In this document: in pieces, positions 10,807 through 21,384 of the stretch | Layout of the letters: every line of letters begins with the position of its first letter | Numbering within the stretch: position 1 is the stretch's first letter | Source: Azolla caroliniana | Lineage: Eukaryota > Plantae > Polypodiophyta | Direction of reading: 5' to 3' | DNA length: 64,000 nucleotides | Assembly: GCA_043228905.1 (NCBI GenBank) | Contig: JBHGNT010000011.1 | Span: 10,788,001 to 10,852,000 of the forward strand | Notes under the pieces: generated by a model | Databases searched by the model: none | What the model was told of the DNA's origin: nothing | What the model saw: only the letters and a program-made list of their open reading frames with translations | Translations under genes and position numbers: made by a program

Positions 10807-12816
10807 ATGGCGCCTATTCTGATCGCTTATCCTTCAGCTGAAGCTCGCCATGGTCTCATCCTTCCTCTACTTGTGTCATCCAACAGCTTTCCTGTGTCCT
10901 CATCAAGGTATGAACCGGCTGGAGTCTCTTTCCATTCGCTCGCACTTCATCTCTTAGGTCTAGGACCCAGCGAAAAAGAAGAAAATGAAGAAAATCTGAA
11001 GCAGAAAGTCTCTGCTTCCTCTGATTCTTCTTTCCAGTTCAAAGGTAAGAAGAAGGTCTCTGCAGAAGGAGAACAAGATCACTATGCTTTGTTAGGCCTT
11101 AGTCATCTTCGTTATCTCGCTAATGAAGATCAGATAAGGAAATCATACAGAGAATGTGCTTTGAAGTTTCATCCTGACAAGCAAGCTTCTCTTCTGCTTT
11201 TGGAAGAGAGTGAAGACGCCAAGTTAGCAAAGAAAGAAGAGATCGATCACCATTTCAAATCTATTCAGAAAGCTTATGAAGTTCTCATCGACCCGGTGAA
11301 GAGAAGAATCTATGATTCTACTGACGAATTTGACGATGATGTTCCTTCTGATTGTTCTCCACAAGATTTCTTTAAGATTTATGGTCCAGTGTTTATTAGG
11401 AATGCTAAATGGTCTGTGGTTCAACAAGTTCCTTTTCTTGGTGATGAGAACGCCCCATTAAATGAAGTAGACAAATTCTATGACTTTTGGAATAGTTTCA
11501 GGAGCTGGAGAGAGTTTCCAGAAGCTAATGAATATGATCTTGATGAAGCAGAAAGCCGAGAACATAAGAGATGGATGGAAAGGCAAAATGCAAAGAGTTC
11601 TGAGAAAGCTCGGAAAGAAGAAAGTGCAAGAATTCGATCCATAGTAGAAAATGCTTACAAAAGAGATCCAAGAATACTGAAGAGGAAAGAAGATGAGAAA
11701 GCTGAGAAGAACAGAAAGAAAGAAGCAAGAATCCAAGCTAAAAAAGACAAGGAAAATGAGATTGCGAGGTTGATTGAAGAGGAGAAACTCAAGAAGGAGC
11801 AAGAAGAGAAGAAAGTATCAGAAGAAGTTACAGCGAAGAGGAAATTGAAAGAGAGAGAAAGGAAATTGTTGAGGAAAGAGAAATCGAGGTTACGATCTGT
11901 GGCATCGGATGTTATTAAACAAACAGATATTAGTATCACAGAGGAAGATATTGAGGATTTGTGCACTCGTCTTGATATTGATGTGATGAGACGAATATGT
12001 GAACAGATTGAAGGAAAGAATGTGGAAGAAAAAGGATTAGTTCTAAAGCAAGCATTCAAAGATCTTGAATGTCTGGTTCAAACTTCTTCTGCTACCATTT
12101 CTTTAAAAGACATTGAAAAATCGCCGGAGAGTATTGTGGAGAAGAGCAAATCATCATCCACTGGTATTAATGAAAAGAAAGAGAAACCATGGAGTAAGGA
12201 GGAAGTAGAGTTGTTAAGGAAAGCAATCCAGAAGTATCCAAAAGGGACATCTCAGAGATGGGAAGTTGTTTCAAGCTACATAGGAACAAATCGCACTGTG
12301 GACGAGATTCTAAAAGCTATTAAGACGGTTCTCTTGCAGAAGCCAGATTCCTCCAAAGCTTTTGGCTCCTTTCTAGAGAAAAGGAAGGTTTCAAATGTAG
12401 TTATTTTGTCGCCATTGTCTACACGAGATGATTCTATCATTGAACCATCTATTGAGCCAGATTCGTCAAACCCTGTGCAAAGTGGAGTAAACATTATTGA
12501 GAAGACAAAAGAAGTAGAGAATTCTTCTCTCAAGTTGTCGAATGTTGTGAAGAATGAAGAGACAGGACACAAGAAGATCGTTTTGAATGGAAGTGAGGCT
12601 ATGGCAAATGGAAGACGCATTAAAGATGATCAAGATATGTTATGGTCTGATGTGCAAGAGGGATCTCTTGTAAAAGCGTTGAAAGCATTTCCAAAGGATA
12701 CACCCCAGAGATGGGATAGGATAGCTGCTGCTGTGCAAGGCAAATCGAAGACCCAATGCTTTCGGAAATTCTCTGAGCTTAAGGAGAATTTCAGATCAAA
12801 GAAAAATGCAGAATAA
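10807..12816 (+). CDS. ZRF1: Zuotin-related factor 1 / DnaJ homolog subfamily C member 2 (J domain, zuotin homology domain, two SANT/Myb domains); intronless CDS
   Basis: 669-aa ORF from ATG 10807. J domain QDHYALLGL...HPDK; zuotin motifs FYDFWNSFRSWREF and AYKRDPRI; SANT repeats WSKEEVELLRKAIQKYPKGTSQRWEVV and WSDVQEGSLVKALKAFPKDTPQRWDRIA. Confidence 0.96.
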   Translation: MAPILIAYPSAEARHGLILPLLVSSNSFPVSSSRYEPAGVSFHSLALHLLGLGPSEKEENEENLKQKVSASSDSSFQFKGKKKVSAEGEQDHYALLGLSHLRYLANEDQIRKSYRECALKFHPDKQASLLLLEESEDAKLAKKEEIDHHFKSIQKAYEVLIDPVKRRIYDSTDEFDDDVPSDCSPQDFFKIYGPVFIRNAKWSVVQQVPFLGDENAPLNEVDKFYDFWNSFRSWREFPEANEYDLDEAESREHKRWMERQNAKSSEKARKEESARIRSIVENAYKRDPRILKRKEDEKAEKNRKKEARIQAKKDKENEIARLIEEEKLKKEQEEKKVSEEVTAKRKLKERERKLLRKEKSRLRSVASDVIKQTDISITEEDIEDLCTRLDIDVMRRICEQIEGKNVEEKGLVLKQAFKDLECLVQTSSATISLKDIEKSPESIVEKSKSSSTGINEKKEKPWSKEEVELLRKAIQKYPKGTSQRWEVVSSYIGTNRTVDEILKAIKTVLLQKPDSSKAFGSFLEKRKVSNVVILSPLSTRDDSIIEPSIEPDSSNPVQSGVNIIEKTKEVENSSLKLSNVVKNEETGHKKIVLNGSEAMANGRRIKDDQDMLWSDVQEGSLVKALKAFPKDTPQRWDRIAAAVQGKSKTQCFRKFSELKENFRSKKNAE

Positions 12817-13149
12817 AGTACTATATATAATGTAGTCTCAAAACAACATTGAATGTATATACATGTTCGTTTTCATGAAAGATAAATTTCATCTGCTAAT
12901 TATATTGACTTCTATAGATAGAACTGCTTAATGTACATCACATGATACACATGCATAGGTGATCTGTAAAAACTGTGTTTGTAAATGTGGAGAACACCCC
13001 ATTCTCAATGTTTCTTTTCTGAAATTGTTCCTTGTTTCACCACAATTAATGAATCTTATGAGATGTTTGAGGAATTATATATCCATAAGAGTCCATCAAA
13101 TTCAATGGAACTTGTTATAAATGATCTTGTTAAGATAATAGCAACAACT

Positions 13150-13221
13150 GGGCGTTTGGTCTAGTGGTATGATTCTCGCTTTGGGTGCGAGAGGCCGCGA
13201 GTTCGATTCTCGCAACGCCCC
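13150..13221 (+). tRNA. tRNA-Pro (anticodon UGG)
   Basis: Acceptor stem GGGCGTT/AACGCCC, anticodon arm CTCGC-TTTGGGT-GCGAG, T arm GCGAG-TTCGATT-CTCGC. Upstream CAA motif and downstream T runs. Confidence 0.96.
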
Positions 13222-13306
13222 TGAGAGTATTTTGCTTTTGATGGAAGTGTTACAATGAAAATTTAGAAAAAGAACTTATAATTGGAAATGCGAAGAACTT
13301 TTATCA

Positions 13307-13380
13307 GTCCGGATGGTGTAGTTGGTTATCACGCTAGTCTCACACACTAGAGGTCTCCAGTTCGAGTCTGGGTTCGGACA
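13307..13380 (+). tRNA. tRNA-Val (anticodon CAC)
   Basis: Acceptor stem GTCCGGA/TTCGGAC, anticodon arm CTAGT-CTCACAC-ACTAG, T arm TCCAG-TTCGAGT-CTGGG. A box and B box present; T run downstream. Confidence 0.92.
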
Positions 13381-13729
13381 AAATTCGAGAACCTATTTTC
13401 TCATATTTTTTGCACTTGTCCCGATAAATAGATGTCGTGCCAGCATAATCTTGATAAATAAATTTCGTGCTCGCTACAAATTGTTGAGAAAGAAGTCTTT
13501 AATTTGAAGAGAAGATACAACTTTGTCTAACATTTTGTAGTTAAAAGGAACATATTTATCATGCTCACACTACAAATTGTTGATAAAAAAAAGTTTTTAA
13601 TTTGAAGATACAACTTTCTTTTACATGACGTAGTTAAAAGGAACAAAGATAGATAGAAAGAAGAAAGGATGGCATGCATGGGATATAACACTACAAAACA
13701 TCAGTGATATTCACCGTATGACTAATGCT

Positions 13730-14245
13730 AAAAGATGTAAGAAATTGATTGTTTCTTTTGCACCGTTCCATTGGAGGATAGCACACGTAGGTTCATTAAA
13801 TGTCCTATAGCATGTACCATTTGGAAGTACTTATCGAACATTTGGCAAGTTTTAACCTATTGTTATTTGAAACCTCAACAATGGGTTTTCTCGCAATATG
13901 TTTAAAATGGTTCAAATGATGAGATGGAGATATTGTTCCAACTTTTACGTTATTGCGAACTACAACACAATTGGAACATGTGCAATGCTTTCATGTTTTA
14001 TAATAGACACGGAGTGAAAGCCTATATAAAGAAGTTGAAAGGTATTCTCATGTGGAATTTTTGGATGTTAGAGCATGTGGGGATCATTTCCTCGAATACA
14101 TATTTAGGTTTTTTAATGACATTACAGGACACCCCTCTCCCTACATAGGCATATGATAGGTAGAGGAGACTAAGAAGTTTTGTAACTAAGTGGAATTTAC
14201 ATACAATTATTATAATTGTGTGCTTCTACCAAAAAAAATAAAAAA
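13730..14245 (+). mobile_element. Degenerate LINE 3' fragment (zf-RVT-like) ending at an A-rich tail
   Basis: Translation FCTVPLEDSTRRFIKCPIACTIWKYLSNIW...WNMCNAFMF resembles the LINE C-terminal zinc finger; A run near 14230. Confidence 0.45.
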
Positions 14246-14383
14246 TATACAAGAAAATGACAGGAGAGAAAAAGAGAATGAGGGAACAAAAGTTTTATTG
14301 ACTTTATAAAAGACCACTACCGAAGCAACTTCCTTCTCATAAGAAACTAACTAATAATATTATTATTATTATTATTTTCCACA

Positions 14384-15425
14384 CTCTCCCTTTAAGTGAA
14401 ATTTTCTAGAAGACTTGTAGATTTTCATCTTTGTTTTCAATTACATGCTTACAACAAATAATGTGTTTAGAATGTTGGAGAGGTTTTGTTAGAAAATCTA
14501 TCCACATATGATGAGCGGGAGAAAACTTTAGTTCTATCTTCATTTCAATGAGATCATGAAGAAAGTGATGTTTGAAGTCCATATGACGTATATTGTCACT
14601 CATATTCAGATCGTTGGTTAGCTTGATGCAAGATTGATTATCTCAAAACAAAGTCATTGTTGGAATAGTATTTATAGGTTAAAGTCCTTGAGAATTGATT
14701 GGATCCAAATGCCTTCTTTAGTCACTAAAGTTGCGACTACATATTTAGCTTTGGTGGATGATAATGCTACAATAGTTTGTTTCTTTAGTTTCCAAGAAAT
14801 TGCAACACCAACTAGTGTGTAGACATAACCATGTGTTGACTTACGATCGTCTATATCCCCCCCCCCCCCCCCCCTTCCAATCAGAGTCAAACCAACCAAT
14901 TAGTTTATTAGAGGGGTTTCTCCATCCTTGTACAGTGAGCTTGACTCATATTGTGTGGTCGAGTAAGTCAACGTTAAGTATACTTCAAATATTGTAGTAA
15001 TAGTTCGACAACGATCCAATGCTTTGGTCTTGGATTAGCCATGAAACGAGAAAGAAAACCAGCGGCAAAACAAATATTTGGACGCGTACAACTAACTAGA
15101 TATCTTATGCATCTCTAATTCATTGAAGACTATGTCTGAACTTTGGATGACTTCTCGAGTCTCCAAGTCCTAGACTTGGTAGACAAAATTGCCGTCAAAT
15201 CCATATCCAAGAAAAATGCATTTTCGTGACCTAGGTTCAAGCTTTCAACGTTCGTCCTTAGGCACAAGTGCATATGCTTCACAATCGAAAATTCGTAACT
15301 TTTTGTGATTTGGTGTCTTGCCGGTCCAGAGTGTTGCATAAAAGGCTGACTCCTTCCAAATTGTATCCTTAAGTGTGAACACGTCCTCAAGTTAGGGCTT
15401 GAGTATATATAAGCCCAAATGTAAT
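14384..15425 (-). mobile_element. Ty1/copia remnant (integrase C-terminus, deleted RT, RNase H, PPT)
   Basis: Minus-strand LWTGKTP...LRIFDCEAYALVPKDER and DDRKSTHGYVYTLVGVAISWKLKKQTIVALSST; PPT aaagggagag at about 14384-14393. Confidence 0.8.
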
Positions 15426-15716
15426 ATTGTAGACTAAGAGAAAGAGAGAGAGAGAGAGTTACAAAAGAGAATAACAAGTTCAATCACCTTGCAACGAGTT
15501 CAACAAGTACTCGAGTTGAAGAGGAGCCTGGTCTTCATCAGCATGCTAGTCGAAGCTGGGTATTGAATGACTCTATATGAGTCATCATGGACAATTAGCC
15601 GAGGAAACATGAAAATCGGATGCGAATACAAGTACAATTTGTACCCACTGATGGCGATCCACCCAGAAGGGGCCGTGAATGTAGCCGATTCATCCGAATC
15701 GAACTTATGGCATTGC

Positions 15717-16236
15717 TGTTGGGAAATCGGTCTCTCCGGATGGGATCCGGTGATGAATAAAGAGGAGCCAGTGAGAACTGGAAACCGGAGGAGACCTGGT
15801 GAGAACTGGAAGACATATCTGCAAATATGTTTTGAATAAGCCTATTGAGGCTATATTTGTAAATAGGCCTAAGTTCATATATGTATAAATATGACTTAGG
15901 GCAATCACTTTGTAGGTGTGTTGTTATTGTTGTTGTAATTGTTGTACAGTGAGAGCGATAGAGGGAGAGAGAGAGAGATACAAAGCGATACTCTGTTGTA
16001 ACCACCGCCTGGCGAAGGAACCAAGCTCAAGGTCATTGCCTACGAGTCTCTGATTGTACCCCTTCTCTTCATAGTGATAGTTCGGAGTCTGTGGGCTCCC
16101 GTGGTTTTTCCCTATTAGGGTTTTCCACGTAAACATCTTGTGTTCACTCTTTAGTTCCCATTTTTGTGTTCTCCATTCTCATTGAAGTGTTCAAGACTCG
16201 GTTGTGGCCGAACAATATTCCGCGTTTTTCTCAACA
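15717..16236 (+). repeat. 5' LTR (520 bp)
   Basis: Near-identical to 20402-20962 and followed by the PBS. Confidence 0.93.
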
Positions 16237-18614
16237 AACTGGTAACAGAGAGAACAACACAGGAAATGGAAGAATCGTTCGACGACATGTTCAAGCTCAC
16301 CGGCTCCAACTACTTAGTGTGGAAGTCGAAGATGAGGGATATGCTGGTGGTTAAAGATCTTTGGTTGCCGGTTCAGTTCGAGGACAAGAGACTGGATAAG
16401 ATCGATGCCACAATGTGGGAGGTGATGCACATGAAGACGACGACATACATCCGGTGCTTCATCGACATGAGCATGTACAACAACTTCAATGAAGAGAGCA
16501 AGGCTCATGAATTTTGGGAGAAGATCGACATCATGTTCTAGAACAAGAATGCCATTAATCGGGTTTCGGTATTCCGGAAGCTAGTGAGACTCCGGTACCA
16601 GGACGACTCTAGTATGGCGGAGCACATGAAGGCCTTCCAGGGGCTAATACACCAGGCAACCTCGTTGGAAGTACCTCTTGTCGATGAGGCACTCACATTG
16701 CTCCTGCTCAGTTCCCTCTTGGATAGCTGGGAGACGTTAGTTGTCACGTTGGACAACGCCGGGCCGGAAGGAAAACAATTGTCCCTAGCAAGGGTAAAAT
16801 CAAGCTTGCTAGATGAAGAAGCTCGCCGGAAAGACCAGGAGTCCGGAACCGATTCGAAGGCCTTGGTCACGGAAGATGACCACAACTGGGGAAGAGGCCG
16901 GTATCGGAGTCCCCAAACCGAGACAAGTCGGGGAAGAGGTCGAAGTCAAGGGGGAGGCCCACGTGCTTCTATTGCGGGAAGCCAGGACACTTCCAAAAGA
17001 ACTGTCGGCATTTCCGGAAAGCAAAAGAAACCGGCACCACCGATTCGAAGAAGAGTTCGGACTGAAACGGTTCGGACCGGAGAGGCCCGGAGAGGCCCGG
17101 ATCGGAAGGGAACGTCGGCGATCGCAACAAGTGAAGAAGAACTGATGCTCATTACTGAAAAGAATGAGTTAAACCTTGTTGGCAACGAAACAACGTGGGT
17201 TGTCGATTCAGGAGTGTCGTTCCACCTGACACCGGATCGGAAATGCTTCTCATCCTACACAGCCGGTGATCATGGTTGTGTCCGGATGGGGAATGAAGGT
17301 ACATGCCGAATTGTCGGCATAGGAGATGTGTTGTTGACGACATCAACCGGATGCAAGTTGCTGCTGAAGGATGTTTGACACGTTCTGGAGGTTCGACTAA
17401 TTTACTTGATATCAGCCGGTCCGCTAGATGATGAAGGCTACACGGGTAGCATCCGGAACGGAGTCATGAAGTTCAGCAAAGGGAGTCTAATAGTGGCTCA
17501 AGCCCGGAAGATCAACACACTGTACTTGATGAATGCCCAGATATGCTGAGAAGAAGTGAACATAGTATCCGACATTGCCGGTGAGCTGTGGCACAAAAGA
17601 CTGTGTCACATGAGTGAGAAGGGGATGAAGAGGCTTGCCAAAGATAACCTCATTCTGGTGAAGGACATGCAACATGAGAAGTGCACCAATTGCTTGGCCG
17701 GCAAGCAAAAACGAACCTCCTTCCGGTCAAGACCACCGATGAGACGGAATGCACCTCTGGAGCTGGTGCATACCGATGTGTGTCAAGTGGACACGAAGTC
17801 ACATGCCGGATCGCAGTACTTCGTGATGTTCATAGATGACCACAGGTGGAAGCTGTGGGTCTCACCATTGAAGACGAAGGATCAGGTGTTATCCGTCTTC
17901 AAGGAGCTCCACACGAGAGTGGAAAGAGAAACTGGTTGGAAGCTAAAGGCAGTTCGAGCAGATAATGGAGGAGAATACTAGGGACAGTTCGAGGAGTACT
18001 ACCGATTGAAGGGAACCTGGCTCGAGTTTACTGTGCCGAAGACGCCGGAACTAAATGGGATGGCCGAAAGGATGAACCGGACCATAATGGAGAGAGTCTG
18101 GAGCATGCTAGCACATGCAAAGTTACCCAAGCCATTTTGGGCTGAGGCGCTAACAACGGTGACCTATGTGATAAATAGATCACCCTCTACACCCTTGGAA
18201 GGAGACTCACTTCAGAAAGTATGGACCGGTAAAGATGTATCTTATAGGCATCTGAAGGTGTTTGGGTGTCTCGCATATGTGCATGTTGCAAAGGATAAGA
18301 GAGCAAAGTTTGATCCAAAGTCTAGGCCATGCATATTCCTTGGATACGGCGATGATGAGTTCGGTTATCAGGTGTGGGATCTAGTCGACAAGAAGGTGTT
18401 CCGGAGTCGGGACATAGTCTTCATGGAAGACAGGACCATTGCTAATTGGGAGTCGGAGAAGAAGGTGATGAACTCCGGATCATTCAATGAAAACCAGCTC
18501 GAGAACACAAGGACTTACCTGGTTGAAAACCAGACGCTAGACGGTAACCGGATGACACTCGACGAATTGGCCGGATATGGACAAGAAATCGAACCGACCA
18601 AAGAAGAATAAGAA

Positions 18615-18645
<31 letters not shown>

Positions 18646-20401
18646 AAGAAGACACCGGAACCGGACAAGATCCCGAATTGAATTCAGATGAGGAACAAAC
18701 GGAGGGACCAACAGTCAGAAACCAGGGACGGAGATATCCTCTCCGAGAGAGAAGAGCCCCCTCGGAGATTTCCGGATGCAGAGCATGTGTTGCTAACCGA
18801 TGAGGGGGAGATGGAAAGCTTCGAAGAAGCAAAGAGGGACACCCACAGTTGCAAGTGGTTGAGTGCCATATAGGATGAGATGGACTCCCTGCATAAGAAC
18901 CACACATATGAACTGATAGAGTTGCTGAAAGGGAAGAGAGCACTCCGGAACAAGTGGGTGTACAAGTTGAAACCGGGAGATGCCGGAAATCCACCCATGT
19001 ATAAGGCCCGAATCGTGGTGAAGGGCTTCCAACAGAAGAAGGGCTTCCAACAGAAGAAGGGAGTGGATTTCGATGAGATCTTTGCCCCGGTAGTAAAGAT
19101 GACATCCATCCTGACGATATTGGGCATAGCGGAAGGCATGGACCTCGAGGTAGAGCAACTGGACGTCAAGACGACATTCCTACATCGACCTCAAAGAAGA
19201 GATCTACATGCACCAACCGGAAGGATTTGAGAGGAAAGGGAAGGAGCACCTAGTGTGCCGGCTGAAGAAGAGCCTATATGAACTGAAGCAAGCCCCCCGG
19301 CAATGGTACCGGAAGTTCGAATCCTTCATGACCGACCAAGGGTACCACAAAACGCAAGCCGATCACTGCGTGTTTGTGAAGAAATTTGACAGAGGAGATT
19401 TTTTGATACTCCTATATGTGGATGATATTATGATCGTTGGACGAGACCAAGGCAAGATTCAGATGCTAAAGAAGGCTTTGAACTGGACCTTCTCAATGAA
19501 AGACTTGGGTCCGGCAAGAAATATATTGGGAATGCACATCATCCGGGACCGGTCGAAGAAGCTGGTGTGGTTGTCACAGGAGAAGTACGTGACGAAGGTG
19601 TTTCAGCGGTTCAACATGTTGGATGCGAAACCAGTCGGATCGACACTTCTGGCAAACTGCAAGCATTCCGAAAAGCTGAGCCCGAGGACAAAGGCACAGA
19701 AGGTGGATATGATGAAGATACCATATGCCTCTACCGTCGGGAGCTTGATGTACGCAATGGTGTGTACCCGGCCGGATATCGGATATGTAGTCGGAGTGGT
19801 GAGCTGTTTCATGAGAAATCCCGGAAGAGAGCACCGGAACGCGGTCAAGTGGATACTTTGGTATTTGAAAGGCACCTCGAGCATGTGCCTCTGATTTAGC
19901 TCCGGTAAACCCAACTTGATGGATTCACGGATTCAGACATGTCAGCTGATGCGGATACCAGTCGGTCCACATCCGGTTATGTCATGACTTATGCAGGGGG
20001 AGCTGTTTTGTGGCAGTCAAGGTTGCAGAAGAGGGTTGCGTTGTCAACCATGGAGGCGGAGTACATGGTAGTTGTAGAAGCCGGCAAGGAGATAATCTGG
20101 ATGAAGAACTTCATCGGGGAGCTAGGGATCCAACAGGAGGAATACTAGCTCTACTGCGATAGTCAAAAAACCATCCACCTTGCAAAGAACGCAGCCTACC
20201 ATTCCCAGACGAAACATATCCAATAGAGGTACCATTGGATCTGGGAGAGAGTAGAAGATCAAGAGTTCGTGCTGACGAAATTCCACATGGAGGAGAACGG
20301 GTCGGACATGCTGACCAAGGTCCTGACAACCGACAAGTTGGACGCGTGCTGAAAGCGGATCGGGCTGACGAGATATCCCATGCCGGAGTGAAGGGGGGAA
20401 T

Positions 20402-20962
20402 TGTTGGGAAATCGGTCTCTCCGGATGGGATCCGGTGATGAATAAAGAGGAGCCAATGAGAACCAGAAGAGATCCGGAAACCAGAGGAGACCCGGTAAGA
20501 ACTGGAAGAGAGCTGGTGAGAACTGAAAGAGAAGACATATCTATAAATATGTTTTGAGTAAGCCTATTGAGGCTATATTTGTAAATAGGCCTAAGTTCAT
20601 ATATGTATAAATATGACTTAGGGCAATCACTTTGTAGGTGTATTGTTATTGTTGTTGTAATTGTTGTACATTGAGAGCGATAGAGGGAGAGAGAGAGAGA
20701 GAGATACAAAGCGATACTCTGTTGTAACCACCGCCTGGCGAAGGAACCAAGCTCAAGGTCATTGCCTACGAGTCTCTGATTGTACCCCTTCTCTTCATAG
20801 TGATAGTTCGGAGTCTGTGGGCTCCCGTGGTTTTTCCCTATTAGGGTTTTCCACGTAAACATCTTGTGTTCACTCTTTAGTTCCCATTTTTGTGTTCTCC
20901 ATTCTCATTGAAGTGTTCAAGACTCGGTTGTGGCCAAACAATATTCTGTGTTTTTCTCAACA
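20402..20962 (+). repeat. 3' LTR (561 bp, with extra U3 subrepeats)
   Basis: Preceded by the PPT and followed by the TSD. Confidence 0.93.
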
Positions 20963-21384
20963 ATTGCCGACACGGTCATATGTCACAAGCCGGACTGGAC
21001 CGGTGTTGTGGGGAGTTCCGGCTACTAGGAGAAAGGGAGCCGAAGAGCACGGGAACGGGGGTGTGCACGGATGCACAAAAATAGTCTTTATGTACAAACA
21101 TGTGTGAATAACATAGTATTAGTTGAGTGTTGAGGAATACTAGGTAGAAGGGATTTGATACGTACTTTATGGTCACACGAATAGAGGAATAAAGGTGATT
21201 GATTGGAGGAAATAGAGGAGAGAATCAAGGATTGAGAGTGGTTGTCTTAACAACCTAATGTAACGGTCTCTCCCTCCTTGAGCTAAAAAAGGAGGGAGAG
21301 AAGACTGAGGGAGGGATCCATTGATTGGAGAATGAAGTGCAACTGGACCATAAAGTACCTATCAAATCCTCATAGAAAGAGAGA

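Larger units (their letters stand above)
15717..20962 (+). mobile_element. Full-length Ty1/copia LTR retrotransposon (Tork/Tnt1-like); gag-pol disrupted
   Basis: LTRs at 15717-16236 and 20402-20962 (TG...CA). TSD ATTGC at 15712-15716 and 20963-20967. PBS tggtaacagag at 16240; PPT ggagtgaaggggggaa. Domain order gag, WVVDSG protease, GAG-pre-integrase, integrase, RT (LYVDDI), RNase H, with many stops and frameshifts. Confidence 0.96.

Noticed and set aside
13322-13507. 61-aa ORF
   Set aside because: It overlaps tRNA-Val and has no coding signal.
15595-16136. Duplicated minus-strand ORFs (also at 20122-20862)
   Set aside because: They are antisense frames across the two LTR copies with no independent coding evidence.
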